Shown: positions 1 to 10,089, counted from the first letter of the stretch. The stretch is 32,000 bases of DNA from Pseudoalteromonas translucida KMM 520 (GCF_001465295.1 NZ_CP011034.1:1530001-1562000), one strand, 5' to 3'. The notes: a model not told the origin generated them from the sequence alone. Translations and numbers: made by a program.

Positions 1-2330
1 TCCCAAAGGCGACGGTAAAGTTTGATCCCGCTAATGGGGTTATATCTGTACCCAATGATTTATTAATGAGCGGTACCCAAGATGGTACTTTAAATATTCC
101 TGGGGAGTTAAATGACGCTAATGTGTCTATTCCTCGTGCTGCTTATGCTAACCCTCAACTTGCACTGGGTGCGCTTGATGGCTGGTCTACTCAAGTTCCT
201 TTTAAAATAGATTTAACTTTCCCACCAAATGTAAGCCTAGATGCCACCTCTGCAGGTACACCAGGTTCAGTACGTATTTTTGAAGTAATAATGGGAGCAA
301 GTTTAACCGATGAACAATGCTCACAAGCACCTGCAGGTGCTGCCTGTAAACTAGTGGGTGAGTTGCAATTTGGTGTTGACTTTATCACCCAAGCATCTGG
401 TGATGCGGTGGCGGTTATTCCACTTAAGCCATTTAAAGCCGGCAGCTCTTATATTAATGTATTAACCACAGAGCTTAAAGACTCACAGGGGCGTGCTATT
501 GAGCCGTCATCTACTTACGCTACAGTAAAACAAGAAGCGCCATTAATTACGCCATCGCAACTAGCGCTACAGGGGGCTGTTAATAGCTACGAAAATGTAG
601 TGGTTAGTTCAGGCAATATTACTAAAGATGAGATTATTTTTTCTGCTGCAATGACCATGCAATCGGCAGGCCCAGTGCTTGGTACAATTAAAAAGTTATT
701 AGCAGCGAGCCTACAAAATCCAAATTTACCGACACCAGCAATTACTGTACCTAATCAGCCAATGGTAAATGTGCAGCAAGTATTTCAATCACAAGGTGTT
801 GCTGTGAGTGATGCCTTTAAAGGTGTGCAATACCAAAAAGGTAGCATTATGTTGCCTATGTATTTAGGTACGCCTACAGGTAAAGAAATTAGCGATTTAA
901 ACGACACTTATTGGCAAGGCATGTGTGATAACGCAGTTGCTGTATTGGGTTATAAAGCACAAGCAGGTGCTGCATTTCCTACTGATCCAATTAGTGAAAA
1001 TGACGGCGCATGTGCCGCATTAAGCGATGGGAAATTACGTGATTTAGGGTTAGATAGCACGCGTCATTTAACCAAATATAACTCTATTCCTAAAGTGCAA
1101 AGTATGGCCAATGTGCCAGTGCAAGTAACTAAACCTATTTTGCCTATAATTAATGGTGTACGTGCAAGTTTAGAATTAGCACCTATTACTATGCCTGAAA
1201 GTGGCTGGCCTGTAGTTATTATGCAGCACGGTATTACTACTAATAAAGAAACTATGTTGACATTAACGGCGCAGCTTTCTATTCAGGGTTTTGCCACAAT
1301 TGCAATTGATCACCCGCGCCATGGCGAGCGAGGAATCGACGTAGATGCTGACGGTATCGATGATTTTAATGCAACCACAGGTTCGGTACTTAGTTATATG
1401 AACCTAAGCTCATTGCTTGTTGCCCGTGATAGTTTACGCCAATCAAGCGCCGACTTATTAGGCTTGCGTCTTGGTCTAAACTTTATTAATGATACAACTA
1501 TAAACAGTAAAGATGTGACTTATGTTGGTCACTCACTGGGTTCAATTGTAGCGCCGGCGTTTATTGCCCAAGCAAATAGCCCAATGGCTGAAACACTTGA
1601 CCCACTGTTTAACGTTAATACAGTTGCGCTTGCAAGTGGCGGCGGTGGTATTGCCAGTTTCTTACTAGAATCACCTGCGTTTGGCCCATTTATTCAAGGC
1701 TCGGTATTATCACAAGCAGGTACAACCGAAGCCACTGAATTTAATGCATTTTTACAAGGTGATGCAATTTCTAACTGCGGTGTGTTACTGCCAAATATGC
1801 AAGACTTCCTATCATGTGGTTACACCGAATATGCAACGGCTTTAACTATGGCTGGCGAAACGGGTAAGCTGGCAAATATTAAAGGCGTAATGACTCAATT
1901 TGCTTTTGCAGCGCAAACTGCACTAGATAGTGGCGACCCAACTAATTATGCCGCAACCGTTAAAGCACTCGAAACGCCTGTATATATGAACGTGGTAGTG
2001 GGTGATGGCGCAGGCAATAAGTCAGATCAAGTTATTCCTCCAAGTGTTGCTAGCAATCCGCTTGCAGGTAGTTTACCACTGGCCAACTTTATGGGCTTAG
2101 AAACAGTGAGCACATCACAAGCACCTAGTGCCACGCCGTCTAGCTATTTAGTTAAATTTACTAAAGGGCATCATGGTTCAGTATTAACACCAGCGCCTAG
2201 TGAAGAGGCGGGTTCGGATGCTGCAGGTAGCTTAGCTGCCAACTCTGAAATGCAATTGCAAATTGCAACTTACTTAGCCGCTCGTGGTCGTTTGTTGTTA
2301 ATTACAAATAGTGATGTTGTGACCGATTAA
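1..2330 (+). CDS. Extracellular lipase of the VolA/Pla-1/Cef type (serine hydrolase); 5' end lies upstream of the window
   Basis: The frame of ORF 66..2330 stays open back to base 3 (PKATVKFDPANGVISVPNDLLMSG...), so the gene is 5'-truncated by the window edge. It has a GHSLGS nucleophile elbow, VVIMQHGIT upstream of it and a C-terminal KGHHGS. Size and layout recall bacterial lipases with the long N-terminal lipase domain. A hairpin terminator follows. Confidence 0.8.
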   Translation, partial: PKATVKFDPANGVISVPNDLLMSGTQDGTLNIPGELNDANVSIPRAAYANPQLALGALDGWSTQVPFKIDLTFPPNVSLDATSAGTPGSVRIFEVIMGASLTDEQCSQAPAGAACKLVGELQFGVDFITQASGDAVAVIPLKPFKAGSSYINVLTTELKDSQGRAIEPSSTYATVKQEAPLITPSQLALQGAVNSYENVVVSSGNITKDEIIFSAAMTMQSAGPVLGTIKKLLAASLQNPNLPTPAITVPNQPMVNVQQVFQSQGVAVSDAFKGVQYQKGSIMLPMYLGTPTGKEISDLNDTYWQGMCDNAVAVLGYKAQAGAAFPTDPISENDGACAALSDGKLRDLGLDSTRHLTKYNSIPKVQSMANVPVQVTKPILPIINGVRASLELAPITMPESGWPVVIMQHGITTNKETMLTLTAQLSIQGFATIAIDHPRHGERGIDVDADGIDDFNATTGSVLSYMNLSSLLVARDSLRQSSADLLGLRLGLNFINDTTINSKDVTYVGHSLGSIVAPAFIAQANSPMAETLDPLFNVNTVALASGGGGIASFLLESPAFGPFIQGSVLSQAGTTEATEFNAFLQGDAISNCGVLLPNMQDFLSCGYTEYATALTMAGETGKLANIKGVMTQFAFAAQTALDSGDPTNYAATVKALETPVYMNVVVGDGAGNKSDQVIPPSVASNPLAGSLPLANFMGLETVSTSQAPSATPSSYLVKFTKGHHGSVLTPAPSEEAGSDAAGSLAANSEMQLQIATYLAARGRLLLITNSDVVTD

Positions 2331-2355
2331 TAGCTTACAACGCAATTAAGTAACC

Positions 2356-2382
2356 AAAGCCACTGTTTAGTGGCTTTTTTTT
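2356..2382 (+). terminator. Rho-independent terminator after the lipase gene
   Basis: AAAGCCACT-GTTT-AGTGGCTTT stem-loop followed by a T run. Confidence 0.75.
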
Positions 2383-2427
2383 GTTAAAAAGCATGCTAAA
2401 TTAGCTGAAATTTATAAATGGAGAAAA

Positions 2428-3447
2428 GTGTTGGAATTTTTATACGAATACGGTTTGTTTTTCGCTAAAACGGTTACTTTTGTTATTGCTATAGCCATTA
2501 TTTTAATGCTGATAGTTGGTGCGGCAGTTAAGCCAAAAGCTAAAAAAGGTGAAATACAAATAGATAATATATCTGAGCAACTAGATAATATTAAACAAAG
2601 CTTTTTACACAATACTTTAGGTAAAAAAGAACTTAAAGCACATCAAAAAAAGCTTAAGGCAGACAATAAAAAAAATGACAGTAAAGAGCCAAAACCGCGA
2701 TTATATGTGGTTGATTTTATAGGCAGTATGGATGCACATGAAGTAGAGAGTTTAAGAGAGGAAATAACCGCTATTATTTCTATTGCTGATGCGAGCAAAG
2801 ATAAAGTACTGATTCGTTTAGAAAGTGGTGGTGGGGTAGTTCATGGTTATGGGCTGGCAGCTTCACAGTTACAGCGCATTAAAAATGCAGGTATACCTTT
2901 GAGTGTTGCTATAGATAAAGTGGCAGCAAGTGGTGGTTATATGATGGCTTGTGTTGCTGATGAAATTATTGCAGCGCCATTTGCTATTGTAGGCTCGATT
3001 GGCGTAATAGCGCAGATACCTAACTTTAATAAAATATTAAAGAAAAACGATGTGGAATTTGAGCAAATAACCGCAGGGGAGTTTAAACGCACCCTTACTT
3101 TATTTGGCGAAAATACTGATAAAGCGCGTGAAAAATTTCGTGAAGAAATTGAGCAAACTCATGGTTTATTCAAAACTTTCGTAAGCACACAGCGCCCAAG
3201 TTTAGATATAAGCTCAGTGGCTACAGGTGAGCATTGGTTTGCAACTCAAGCAATTGAGAAAGGCTTAGTGGATGTTATAAAAACCAGTGATGATGCCTTG
3301 CTTGAACAACAAGATGAGCGCCAAATTTATAAGATTAAATATAAGATTAAAAAAGGTTTAAGTGACAAGTTAGCACTTGGTTTTAGTAGTGCAGTTAATA
3401 AGGCCGGGGTTAATTTAGTTTCTAAGTTTAAATCATTAAACCCATAA
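2428..3447 (+). CDS. sohB: Inner-membrane peptidase SohB (S49 family)
   Basis: GTG start. The N-terminus MLEFLYEYGLFFAKTVTFVIAIA closely resembles E. coli SohB. It has a basic linker and then an S49/ClpP-fold core (VDFIGSM..., ESGGGVVHGYG, AASGGYMMAC). Confidence 0.85.
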   Translation: MLEFLYEYGLFFAKTVTFVIAIAIILMLIVGAAVKPKAKKGEIQIDNISEQLDNIKQSFLHNTLGKKELKAHQKKLKADNKKNDSKEPKPRLYVVDFIGSMDAHEVESLREEITAIISIADASKDKVLIRLESGGGVVHGYGLAASQLQRIKNAGIPLSVAIDKVAASGGYMMACVADEIIAAPFAIVGSIGVIAQIPNFNKILKKNDVEFEQITAGEFKRTLTLFGENTDKAREKFREEIEQTHGLFKTFVSTQRPSLDISSVATGEHWFATQAIEKGLVDVIKTSDDALLEQQDERQIYKIKYKIKKGLSDKLALGFSSAVNKAGVNLVSKFKSLNP

Positions 3448-3485
3448 ATAGTGGATTACTTTAAGCTTAATTAGCTTTGGCCAAT

Positions 3486-3517
3486 AAAAAACCCTTGAAC
3501 TAATCAAGGGTTTTTTT
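3486..3517. terminator. Bidirectional rho-independent terminator between convergent sohB and the symporter gene
   Basis: AAAAAA-CCCTTGA-ACTAA-TCAAGGG-TTTTTTT, with an A run on one side and a T run on the other. Confidence 0.8.
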
Positions 3518-3533
3518 AATGCGAAGTTATTTA

Positions 3534-4865
3534 TTAACTCATAGGTTTACTTATGTTTTCTAAATCTTTCGCTGCATTAGGGTCATTATAAATAGACTCA
3601 TCTAACTGACCTTCAGACTTAGCAACCACACAGGTAACCATACAGTCACCCGTAATATTAACTGCAGTGCGGGTCATATCTAGTAATCTATCTACACCAA
3701 TAATTATTGCAATCCCCTCTACTGGTAGGCCAACTTGATTAAGTACCATAGCTAACATAATTAAGCCAACACCCGGTACGCCGGCTGTGCCAACAGACGC
3801 TAGCGTAGCCGTTAAAATTACCATTAAGTAATCAGAAATGGTTAAATCAACACTAAACACTTGTGCAATAAATACAGTGGCAACCCCTTGCATAATGGCA
3901 GTGCCATCCATGTTTATGGTTGCACCTAGTGGAATAGTAAATGAAGCGACAGAGTTATTAACCCCGAGTTTTTTAGTGGCTGTTTCAAGAGTAATTGGCA
4001 TAGTTGCACTTGAGCTTGAAGTACTAAAACCAAATAAACAAGCGTGTTTCATTTTCTTTAAAAAAGTTACAGGGTTTAAACCCGTCAATAGTTTTAATAA
4101 CAAACTGTAATTTACAAACGCATGTAATAATAAAGCGGCAACCACTACAAAAAAGTACTTAGCCAAGCTAACAATTAAGTTTAACTCTATGGTGGTAAAT
4201 AACTTTGCCATTAAGAAAAACACCCCGTAAGGCGCAACGTTCATTAACAAAGTAACTAGTTTTAAAATTACCGTATTTAGGTCTTCAAAAACAACGGCTA
4301 CGCGTTTTCCTGCATTACCACTAAGTGCCATAGCAATACCAAACAGTAATGCGAAAACAATAACTTGTAGCATATTACCTTTTGCCATAGCTTCAAAAGG
4401 GTTGGTTGGAAACATATCTATAATAACGCGCGCTAAGGTAGGTGCCTCAGATACGTCGTAACTTGCATCTGTTGGCAAATCAATACCCACGCCAGGGCTA
4501 AACAGTAAAGCCAAAGTAATAGCCAGAGTAATAGCTAAGGCTGTGGTAATTAAATATAAACCAATTGATTTACCACCCAAACTGCCTAATTTTTTAGGAT
4601 CGCTTAAGCTACATGTGCCACACACTAAAGATACAAATACTAAAGGAACAACCAGCATTTTTAAGCTGGCAATAAATATTTGCCCACCAATGTGAAAAAT
4701 TCCATCAACAAAAAAAGCTTTAATTGGCAAAGAGAATAACCCAAGTGGTATTAGGTAATCGTCTTCACCAGCTAATATAGCTTGAAATAAAAAGCCTACG
4801 GCAATACCTAGTGCCATGCCTATCATTATGCGAGTTGTTAAGCTCATTGAACGTATTTTCGACAT
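3534..4865 (-). CDS. Dicarboxylate/amino acid:cation symporter (DAACS family)
   Basis: 443-aa polytopic membrane protein with family hallmarks SSSATMPIT, INMDGTAIMQG, AGVPG and NITGD. Substrate is not assignable from the sequence alone. Confidence 0.85.
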   Translation of the reverse strand: MSKIRSMSLTTRIMIGMALGIAVGFLFQAILAGEDDYLIPLGLFSLPIKAFFVDGIFHIGGQIFIASLKMLVVPLVFVSLVCGTCSLSDPKKLGSLGGKSIGLYLITTALAITLAITLALLFSPGVGIDLPTDASYDVSEAPTLARVIIDMFPTNPFEAMAKGNMLQVIVFALLFGIAMALSGNAGKRVAVVFEDLNTVILKLVTLLMNVAPYGVFFLMAKLFTTIELNLIVSLAKYFFVVVAALLLHAFVNYSLLLKLLTGLNPVTFLKKMKHACLFGFSTSSSSATMPITLETATKKLGVNNSVASFTIPLGATINMDGTAIMQGVATVFIAQVFSVDLTISDYLMVILTATLASVGTAGVPGVGLIMLAMVLNQVGLPVEGIAIIIGVDRLLDMTRTAVNITGDCMVTCVVAKSEGQLDESIYNDPNAAKDLENISKPMS

Positions 4866-5053
4866 ATTCCCAATCTATTTTTTATAAATTTGGCACAGCC
4901 TACCAGCATGTAAATATTTATACAGAAAAATTTATTAATAATTTAAATTTTTTATCAAAGAAAGTATCAAAAAACTGTGATTTTAGACTAGGTTATAGGT
5001 TAACATGAGGTAAACAATATAAAGTTAATAATAATAACGCTAGGGAGAGGTTT

Positions 5054-8000
5054 ATGCCTTTAACACGACTGCTAAGCATTATGATGCTCAGCTTTTTTAT
5101 CACAGCTTGTGGTGGTGGTGGCTCACTTGAAAAGGAGGGCAGTATAGGTGATGGTAACGGAGGAACAACACCTGATGTACCCACCTACGCCGTTACGCTT
5201 CAAGGCTACTCCCAAGAGGATGGCAGTGCATCGAATACTGTTACAGCGGCCTCTGCGCTAGATTTACGGGCTAAACTTGTTAAAGATGGCGTACCAGTTA
5301 GTGGCGCAAGAATTACTTTTACTTTATCAGATGATGTAGGGGTATTGAACCCAAACTCTGGCAGCGCTTTAACAAAAGATGATGGTGTTGCGAAGATAGA
5401 ATTAACCGCAGGCACCGTAAAAGGAGCTGGAGCTGTTACTGCTAGTTATACGGTTGATGGCGAAACATATACTAGTCAGTTTGATTTCGAGTCAGCAGGG
5501 GATGCTGATATTAATGATCCAAGCTTATTTTCTTTAGCATTAGAAGGCTATTCAAAGTCAGATGGTAGTAAATCAAATAGAGTGTCTGCAAGTTCAGTAA
5601 TTGAACTCAAAGCCAAGCTTGAAAAAGATGGGGCTGCAGTAACTGGCGCAAGAGTTACTTTTACATTGGCAGATGAAGTTGGTGTATTAACCCCGCTCTC
5701 TGGTAGTGCGTTAACAAAAGACGACGGTATTGCAACATTAGATCTTACCGCGGGTACAGTAAAAGGAGCTGGTGTTGTTACTGCTAGTTATACAGTTAAC
5801 GGCGCTACGTATTCTAGCCAGTTTTCATTCGAGTCTGCAGGGGATGCGGATGGCAGTGGTTCAAATTTATTTACTTTATCATTAGAGGGCTTCTCAAAAT
5901 CTGATGGTAGTAAATCAAATAGAGTGTCTGCAAACTCAGCTATAGAGCTCAAAGCCAAGCTTGAAAAAGATGGCTCTGCAGTGAATGGTGCAAGAGTTAT
6001 TTTTACGCTTGCAGATGAAGTAGGTGTATTGAACCCTAGCTCTGGTAGTGCATTAACAAAAGGCGATGGTATTGCAACATTAGACCTTACCGCGGGTACA
6101 GTAAAAGGGGCTGGTGTTGTTACTGCAAGCTATACAGTTGATGGCGAAACGTATACTAGTCAATTTGCATTCGAGTCTGCAGGAGATGCAGGGGGTAATG
6201 ATACAAGTTTATTTATTTTATCTTTAGAAGGGTTTTCACAAGCAGATGGTAGTAGATCAAACACTGTTTCTGCAGGTTCGCCTTTAAATTTACATGCAAC
6301 GTTAACTAAAGAAGGTATTGCTGTTACAGGAGAGCGTATTACTTTCACTTTAGCAGACAGTATCGGCAAGCTAAATCCTACATCAGGAACAGCTATCACA
6401 GATAACACTGGTATTGCTAAGATAGAACTTGGTGCAGGAGAGGAAGCCGGAGCGGGTGGAGTCACTGCCAGTTATACAATAAATGGTGTAACGTATAGTG
6501 ATACATTTTCATTTCAATCTACTGGTGGCCAAGAAGCTTATCAATTGCTTTTAAAAGGGTACTCTAAATTAGATGGTAGTGAATCTAATAGTGTAACCGC
6601 TGAGCAGCCATTAGATTTGCATGCGTTACTGACTAAAGAAGGTAAGGCAGTTACTGGTGAGCGCGTCGTGTTTAGCTTAGTGGATGATATTGGCAAGCTA
6701 AATCCTACATCAGGAACAGCTATTACAGACAATACAGGTATTGCAGTAATAAAGCTTACAGCAGGAGAAAAAGCCGGAGCAGGTGAAGTTACTGCATCGT
6801 ATACAATCAATGGTGTGAGTTATAAAGATACATTTTCATTTCAATCAAGTGGCGATCAAGTTGCTTATACGTTGAGTATTCAAGGTTATTCAAAAGAAAC
6901 AGGTGTTCAATCAAATACTGTAACCAGTTTAGAAGCACTAGATTTAAAAGCCACTGTACTTGATGATATTGGTGCTCCTGTAACAGGTAAAAGCGTGACA
7001 TTTGCTCTTGATGGAAATATAGGGGCTTTGAACCCAGAATCAGGAAGTGTGTTAACAGATAATTCAGGTGTAGCTCAAATTGAGTTAACCTCTGGTAATA
7101 TAGCCGGTGCTTCAAATGTAGTTGTTCGCTACATAAATCAAGGACAAACTTACTCATCTGAACCATTTGACTTTGAAGCTGTTATTGTTGAAAAAGCACA
7201 GCTGACAGTTAACTTAATAGCTTCAGATGGTACAGAAACAAGAATGGTTGATTTTGAACATCCAGCAGTAGTACAAGCAAAGTTATTAGTAGATGGACAA
7301 CCAAGTGCATATCAATTAATTCAATTTGATTTGTCGGGTTTTGGTAAAATAAACCCATCAAACGGTACCGCAATGACAGATGCTGAAGGCATCGCAAAAG
7401 TAGACTTGCTAACAGGCATTGAGGCAGGTGCTGGTATAATTTCTGCTACTTATAAGCTTGACGAAAATACTGCATTTGATTCAAATTCTTTCACTTATAC
7501 ATCTAAAGGTGATGCGCCACCACCTGGCACATCTAATGATTTTACTATAGATTTAAGTTTACTATCTTCTACAAGAAGAACACAAATAAGTGAAATTAGC
7601 GCAACTGATAGTGGCTTGGTTGTGGCGACTATTTTAGATGTAAACGGTATGCCTGCTGTAGGTAAAGTTGTAACATTTAGCTCAACTTTAGGGAGCTTAT
7701 TACCGAGCTCTGGTACTGCCTTAACTGATGCAGAGGGAGTTGCAAAACTAAATCTTACTTCTGGGACTGTTGAAGGTGCAGGCATTGTTACAGCGCAGTT
7801 TGAGGCTGTTGAAGCTAAATTAGGTTTTTATACTCGTGGCGATGCTATCGATCCTAATCAAAGCAGTGCAGATATAAGTTTTAGCATATTAAAAAATTGC
7901 CCCTCAGACTTTAAAACAATCAGAAATGTAAGCTCGTGTGAAGAAACTGCCAGTATCTCCGGCGATTCTGCAGGGATTCTTTATATACAGGTAAATAAGA

Positions 8001-10042
8001 AAGACTCGACTACAGCGCTAGCACAAACGTTAGTTACTGCAACTACTACGATTGGCTCTATATCACCAAGTACAGGTACCGCGATCACTGATGAAAACGG
8101 TATCGCTTTGCTAGATATAATCCCTGGGCGAGATGTTGGTGCTGGTGAAATTACCGTATCTGTTTTAAACAGCAGCCTTACTAAAGCATTTCAAATTGCA
8201 GCAGTTGATATTGATATTGCTATATCTAGCTCTGTAGCAAGTGGGCAATCTTTAACTGCAGGTTCAACCGCACTCGTTTCAGTAGAAATCACTAAAGACG
8301 GTAGCTTGTATACAGCGCCTTTAAATGTTGAGTTTTCATCTGGATGTGTCGACTCTGCCTTAGCTGTAATTGATGAGAAAGTGACGAGTATTGGTGGTTT
8401 TGCGCGTTCTACTTATCGACCTTTAACGTGTGTAGGCGGAGATATAATAACAGCCAGTGTAATAACTGGTGGTGATACTGTTTCAGCTAACACAACGATT
8501 AATGTATCACCGGCAAATATTGGCTTTATTCAATTTGTTGAGGTTACTGAACCGGTAATATCACTTAAAGGTACGGGCGGAGCAAATCGAAGTGAAATAT
8601 CAGAAGTGGTATTTAAGCTTGTTGATGCTAATGGTAACGATCTAGCTTCAAGAACGGTTGACTTTACGTTATCAACGGCTGTGGGTGGTATAACATTAGG
8701 AGCCGATTCAGCAATAACCAATGCACTAGGTGAAATTAGAACAACAGTGCAATCTGGTGTTGTTGCAACTCCCGTACGTGTAATTGCATCAATAGAAGAA
8801 GATATTGATGGTGACACAGTAACGGTATCTGCGCCATCAGACGTGTTAGTAATTAGTACGGGTATTGCAGATCAAAATAGCTTTTCGTTATCACGCTCAA
8901 TTTTCAACGTACATGGGCTTAACGTTGATGGCAGCGAGGTTACCGTTAATGCAAGGCTAGCAGATCATTTCAATAATCCTGTGCCCGATGGTACCGCAGT
9001 GAGCTTTATTACAGAAGGTGGTGTTATAGAACCAAGTTGTACGACTTTAAATGGCGCTTGCTCAGTAACATGGCGTAGTAGTAACCCTCGTCCATTCACT
9101 GAAACTATGTATGAAAATACAATTGCACAGAAGTGTGATAGAGGCTTGCCGTGTCCATTAGGTATTTTGAATAATGACTACAGTGTTGATCTTCCTTTAG
9201 GCGGCAGAGCAACAGTGCTTGCTTATGCTATAGGTGAAGAAACATTCTCAGATCTAAATGGTAATGGGTACTTCGATAGTCAAGACTTTTTTAGTGAGCT
9301 GTTTGATATTCCAGAAGCGTTTATTGATAATAATGAAGACGGCACTTATGGCGGTAAAGATTGTAATGCTCCAGCAGAACATTGTTCGGCAAATAACTCT
9401 AAAGGTGATGAATTTGAAGAGTTTATAGACTTTGACAATGATGGGCAGTGGACAACAGGTAATAGTATGTACAATGGCTTATTATGTAGGCCGGATGATG
9501 TTGCTATTAATTTGTGTAGTCGCGACCTAGTTAATGTATTTCAAAACCAAGAAATTGTTATGTCTGGTGATGCCGCGTTTTTCAGAGTTGTTACTTTTGC
9601 CAACGATTGCGCTGCAATACCGGGAGTAGCAGCGTCTGAAGTGCATGTGAATAGTGACCCTGCAAGCCCGGTGATTCGAAGAGTACAGAATGATTTAACA
9701 AGCGCTAAAATGTGTCAAATTTCACAAATAGATTTGACCGAAGCAACCGGTGTTACAAGTGCTGGCGCGACAGTTTATATAGCTGATATTTATAACAATC
9801 CATTACCAGCAGAAACAACTGTAAAAATCACTTCAGAAGAAGGGAAATTATCAGGTACAACTGATTACGTGTTCCCTAATACGACAAGTATCAGACCTAT
9901 TAACCTGTCGTTTGGCATCTCAAGAGTGTTAGTAGAGGACAAAAATAGTGTTGTAAGTGGTAATTTAACTATTACTGCAACAGCAACATCTGGATTAATT
10001 ACCTCTACTTCAATAACAATATTACATGACAAAAAACTGTAA
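5054..10042 (+). CDS. Giant surface lipoprotein with tandem bacterial Ig-like (Big_1, invasin/intimin-type) repeats and a Cys-rich, Asp/Asn-rich C-terminal region
   Basis: GGGAGAGG Shine-Dalgarno upstream. Signal peptide with lipobox FFITAC-GGGG. At least 8 repeats of about 109-114 aa of the form (F/Y)xLxLxGYSxxDGS...V.GA.V.F.L.D..G.L.P.SG.A.T...G.A...LTAG...GAG.VTASY. The C-terminal roughly 480 aa contains many Cys and three Dx[DN]x[DN]G loops (DLNGNGYFD, DNNEDGTYG, DFDNDGQWT). A hairpin terminator follows. Confidence 0.85.
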   Translation: MPLTRLLSIMMLSFFITACGGGGSLEKEGSIGDGNGGTTPDVPTYAVTLQGYSQEDGSASNTVTAASALDLRAKLVKDGVPVSGARITFTLSDDVGVLNPNSGSALTKDDGVAKIELTAGTVKGAGAVTASYTVDGETYTSQFDFESAGDADINDPSLFSLALEGYSKSDGSKSNRVSASSVIELKAKLEKDGAAVTGARVTFTLADEVGVLTPLSGSALTKDDGIATLDLTAGTVKGAGVVTASYTVNGATYSSQFSFESAGDADGSGSNLFTLSLEGFSKSDGSKSNRVSANSAIELKAKLEKDGSAVNGARVIFTLADEVGVLNPSSGSALTKGDGIATLDLTAGTVKGAGVVTASYTVDGETYTSQFAFESAGDAGGNDTSLFILSLEGFSQADGSRSNTVSAGSPLNLHATLTKEGIAVTGERITFTLADSIGKLNPTSGTAITDNTGIAKIELGAGEEAGAGGVTASYTINGVTYSDTFSFQSTGGQEAYQLLLKGYSKLDGSESNSVTAEQPLDLHALLTKEGKAVTGERVVFSLVDDIGKLNPTSGTAITDNTGIAVIKLTAGEKAGAGEVTASYTINGVSYKDTFSFQSSGDQVAYTLSIQGYSKETGVQSNTVTSLEALDLKATVLDDIGAPVTGKSVTFALDGNIGALNPESGSVLTDNSGVAQIELTSGNIAGASNVVVRYINQGQTYSSEPFDFEAVIVEKAQLTVNLIASDGTETRMVDFEHPAVVQAKLLVDGQPSAYQLIQFDLSGFGKINPSNGTAMTDAEGIAKVDLLTGIEAGAGIISATYKLDENTAFDSNSFTYTSKGDAPPPGTSNDFTIDLSLLSSTRRTQISEISATDSGLVVATILDVNGMPAVGKVVTFSSTLGSLLPSSGTALTDAEGVAKLNLTSGTVEGAGIVTAQFEAVEAKLGFYTRGDAIDPNQSSADISFSILKNCPSDFKTIRNVSSCEETASISGDSAGILYIQVNKKDSTTALAQTLVTATTTIGSISPSTGTAITDENGIALLDIIPGRDVGAGEITVSVLNSSLTKAFQIAAVDIDIAISSSVASGQSLTAGSTALVSVEITKDGSLYTAPLNVEFSSGCVDSALAVIDEKVTSIGGFARSTYRPLTCVGGDIITASVITGGDTVSANTTINVSPANIGFIQFVEVTEPVISLKGTGGANRSEISEVVFKLVDANGNDLASRTVDFTLSTAVGGITLGADSAITNALGEIRTTVQSGVVATPVRVIASIEEDIDGDTVTVSAPSDVLVISTGIADQNSFSLSRSIFNVHGLNVDGSEVTVNARLADHFNNPVPDGTAVSFITEGGVIEPSCTTLNGACSVTWRSSNPRPFTETMYENTIAQKCDRGLPCPLGILNNDYSVDLPLGGRATVLAYAIGEETFSDLNGNGYFDSQDFFSELFDIPEAFIDNNEDGTYGGKDCNAPAEHCSANNSKGDEFEEFIDFDNDGQWTTGNSMYNGLLCRPDDVAINLCSRDLVNVFQNQEIVMSGDAAFFRVVTFANDCAAIPGVAASEVHVNSDPASPVIRRVQNDLTSAKMCQISQIDLTEATGVTSAGATVYIADIYNNPLPAETTVKITSEEGKLSGTTDYVFPNTTSIRPINLSFGISRVLVEDKNSVVSGNLTITATATSGLITSTSITILHDKKL
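5186..7198 (+). repeat. In-frame tandem DNA repeat array (units starting 5186, 5528, 5870, 6212, 6539, 6866; period 342 then 327 nt) encoding the first six Ig-like domains
   Basis: Unit starts were located codon by codon. Units 2 and 3 share long identical runs, for example GATGGTAGTAAATCAAATAGAGTGTCTGCAA, CTCAAAGCCAAGCTTGAAAAAGATGG and CTTACCGCGGGTACAGTAAAAGG. Units 4 and 5 share GGCAAGCTAAATCCTACATCAGGAACAGCTAT and GATACATTTTCATTTCAATC. Confidence 0.85.
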
Positions 10043-10056
10043 TTTGATGCTGTTTT

Positions 10057-10089
10057 AAAAAAATGCCAACCATAAGGTTGGCATTTTTT
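10057..10089 (+). terminator. Rho-independent terminator after the giant lipoprotein gene
   Basis: AAAAAAATGCCAACC-ATAA-GGTTGGCATTTTTT. Confidence 0.8.

Noticed and set aside
3838-5184. ORFs 3838..4110 (+), 4811..5008 (+) and 4993..5184 (-).
   Set aside because: The first is antisense to the symporter gene. The other two run through the AT-rich promoter region and into the start of neighbouring genes. None has translation signals.
5186-7198. Regular tandem repeat array, checked as a possible CRISPR or satellite array.
   Set aside because: The period is 327-342 nt with no short repeat/spacer alternation. The units are in frame and encode Ig-like domains of one long ORF.
5206-8817. Minus-strand ORFs of 62-119 aa inside the giant lipoprotein gene (5206..5415, 6160..6465, 6541..6810, 6807..7166, 7209..7397, 7495..7785, 8530..8817).
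   Set aside because: They are antisense shadows of the repetitive Gly/Ala/Thr/Val-rich coding frame. They recur because the sense repeats recur, they have low-complexity translations and no ribosome-binding sites, and they lie wholly inside a much better-supported gene.
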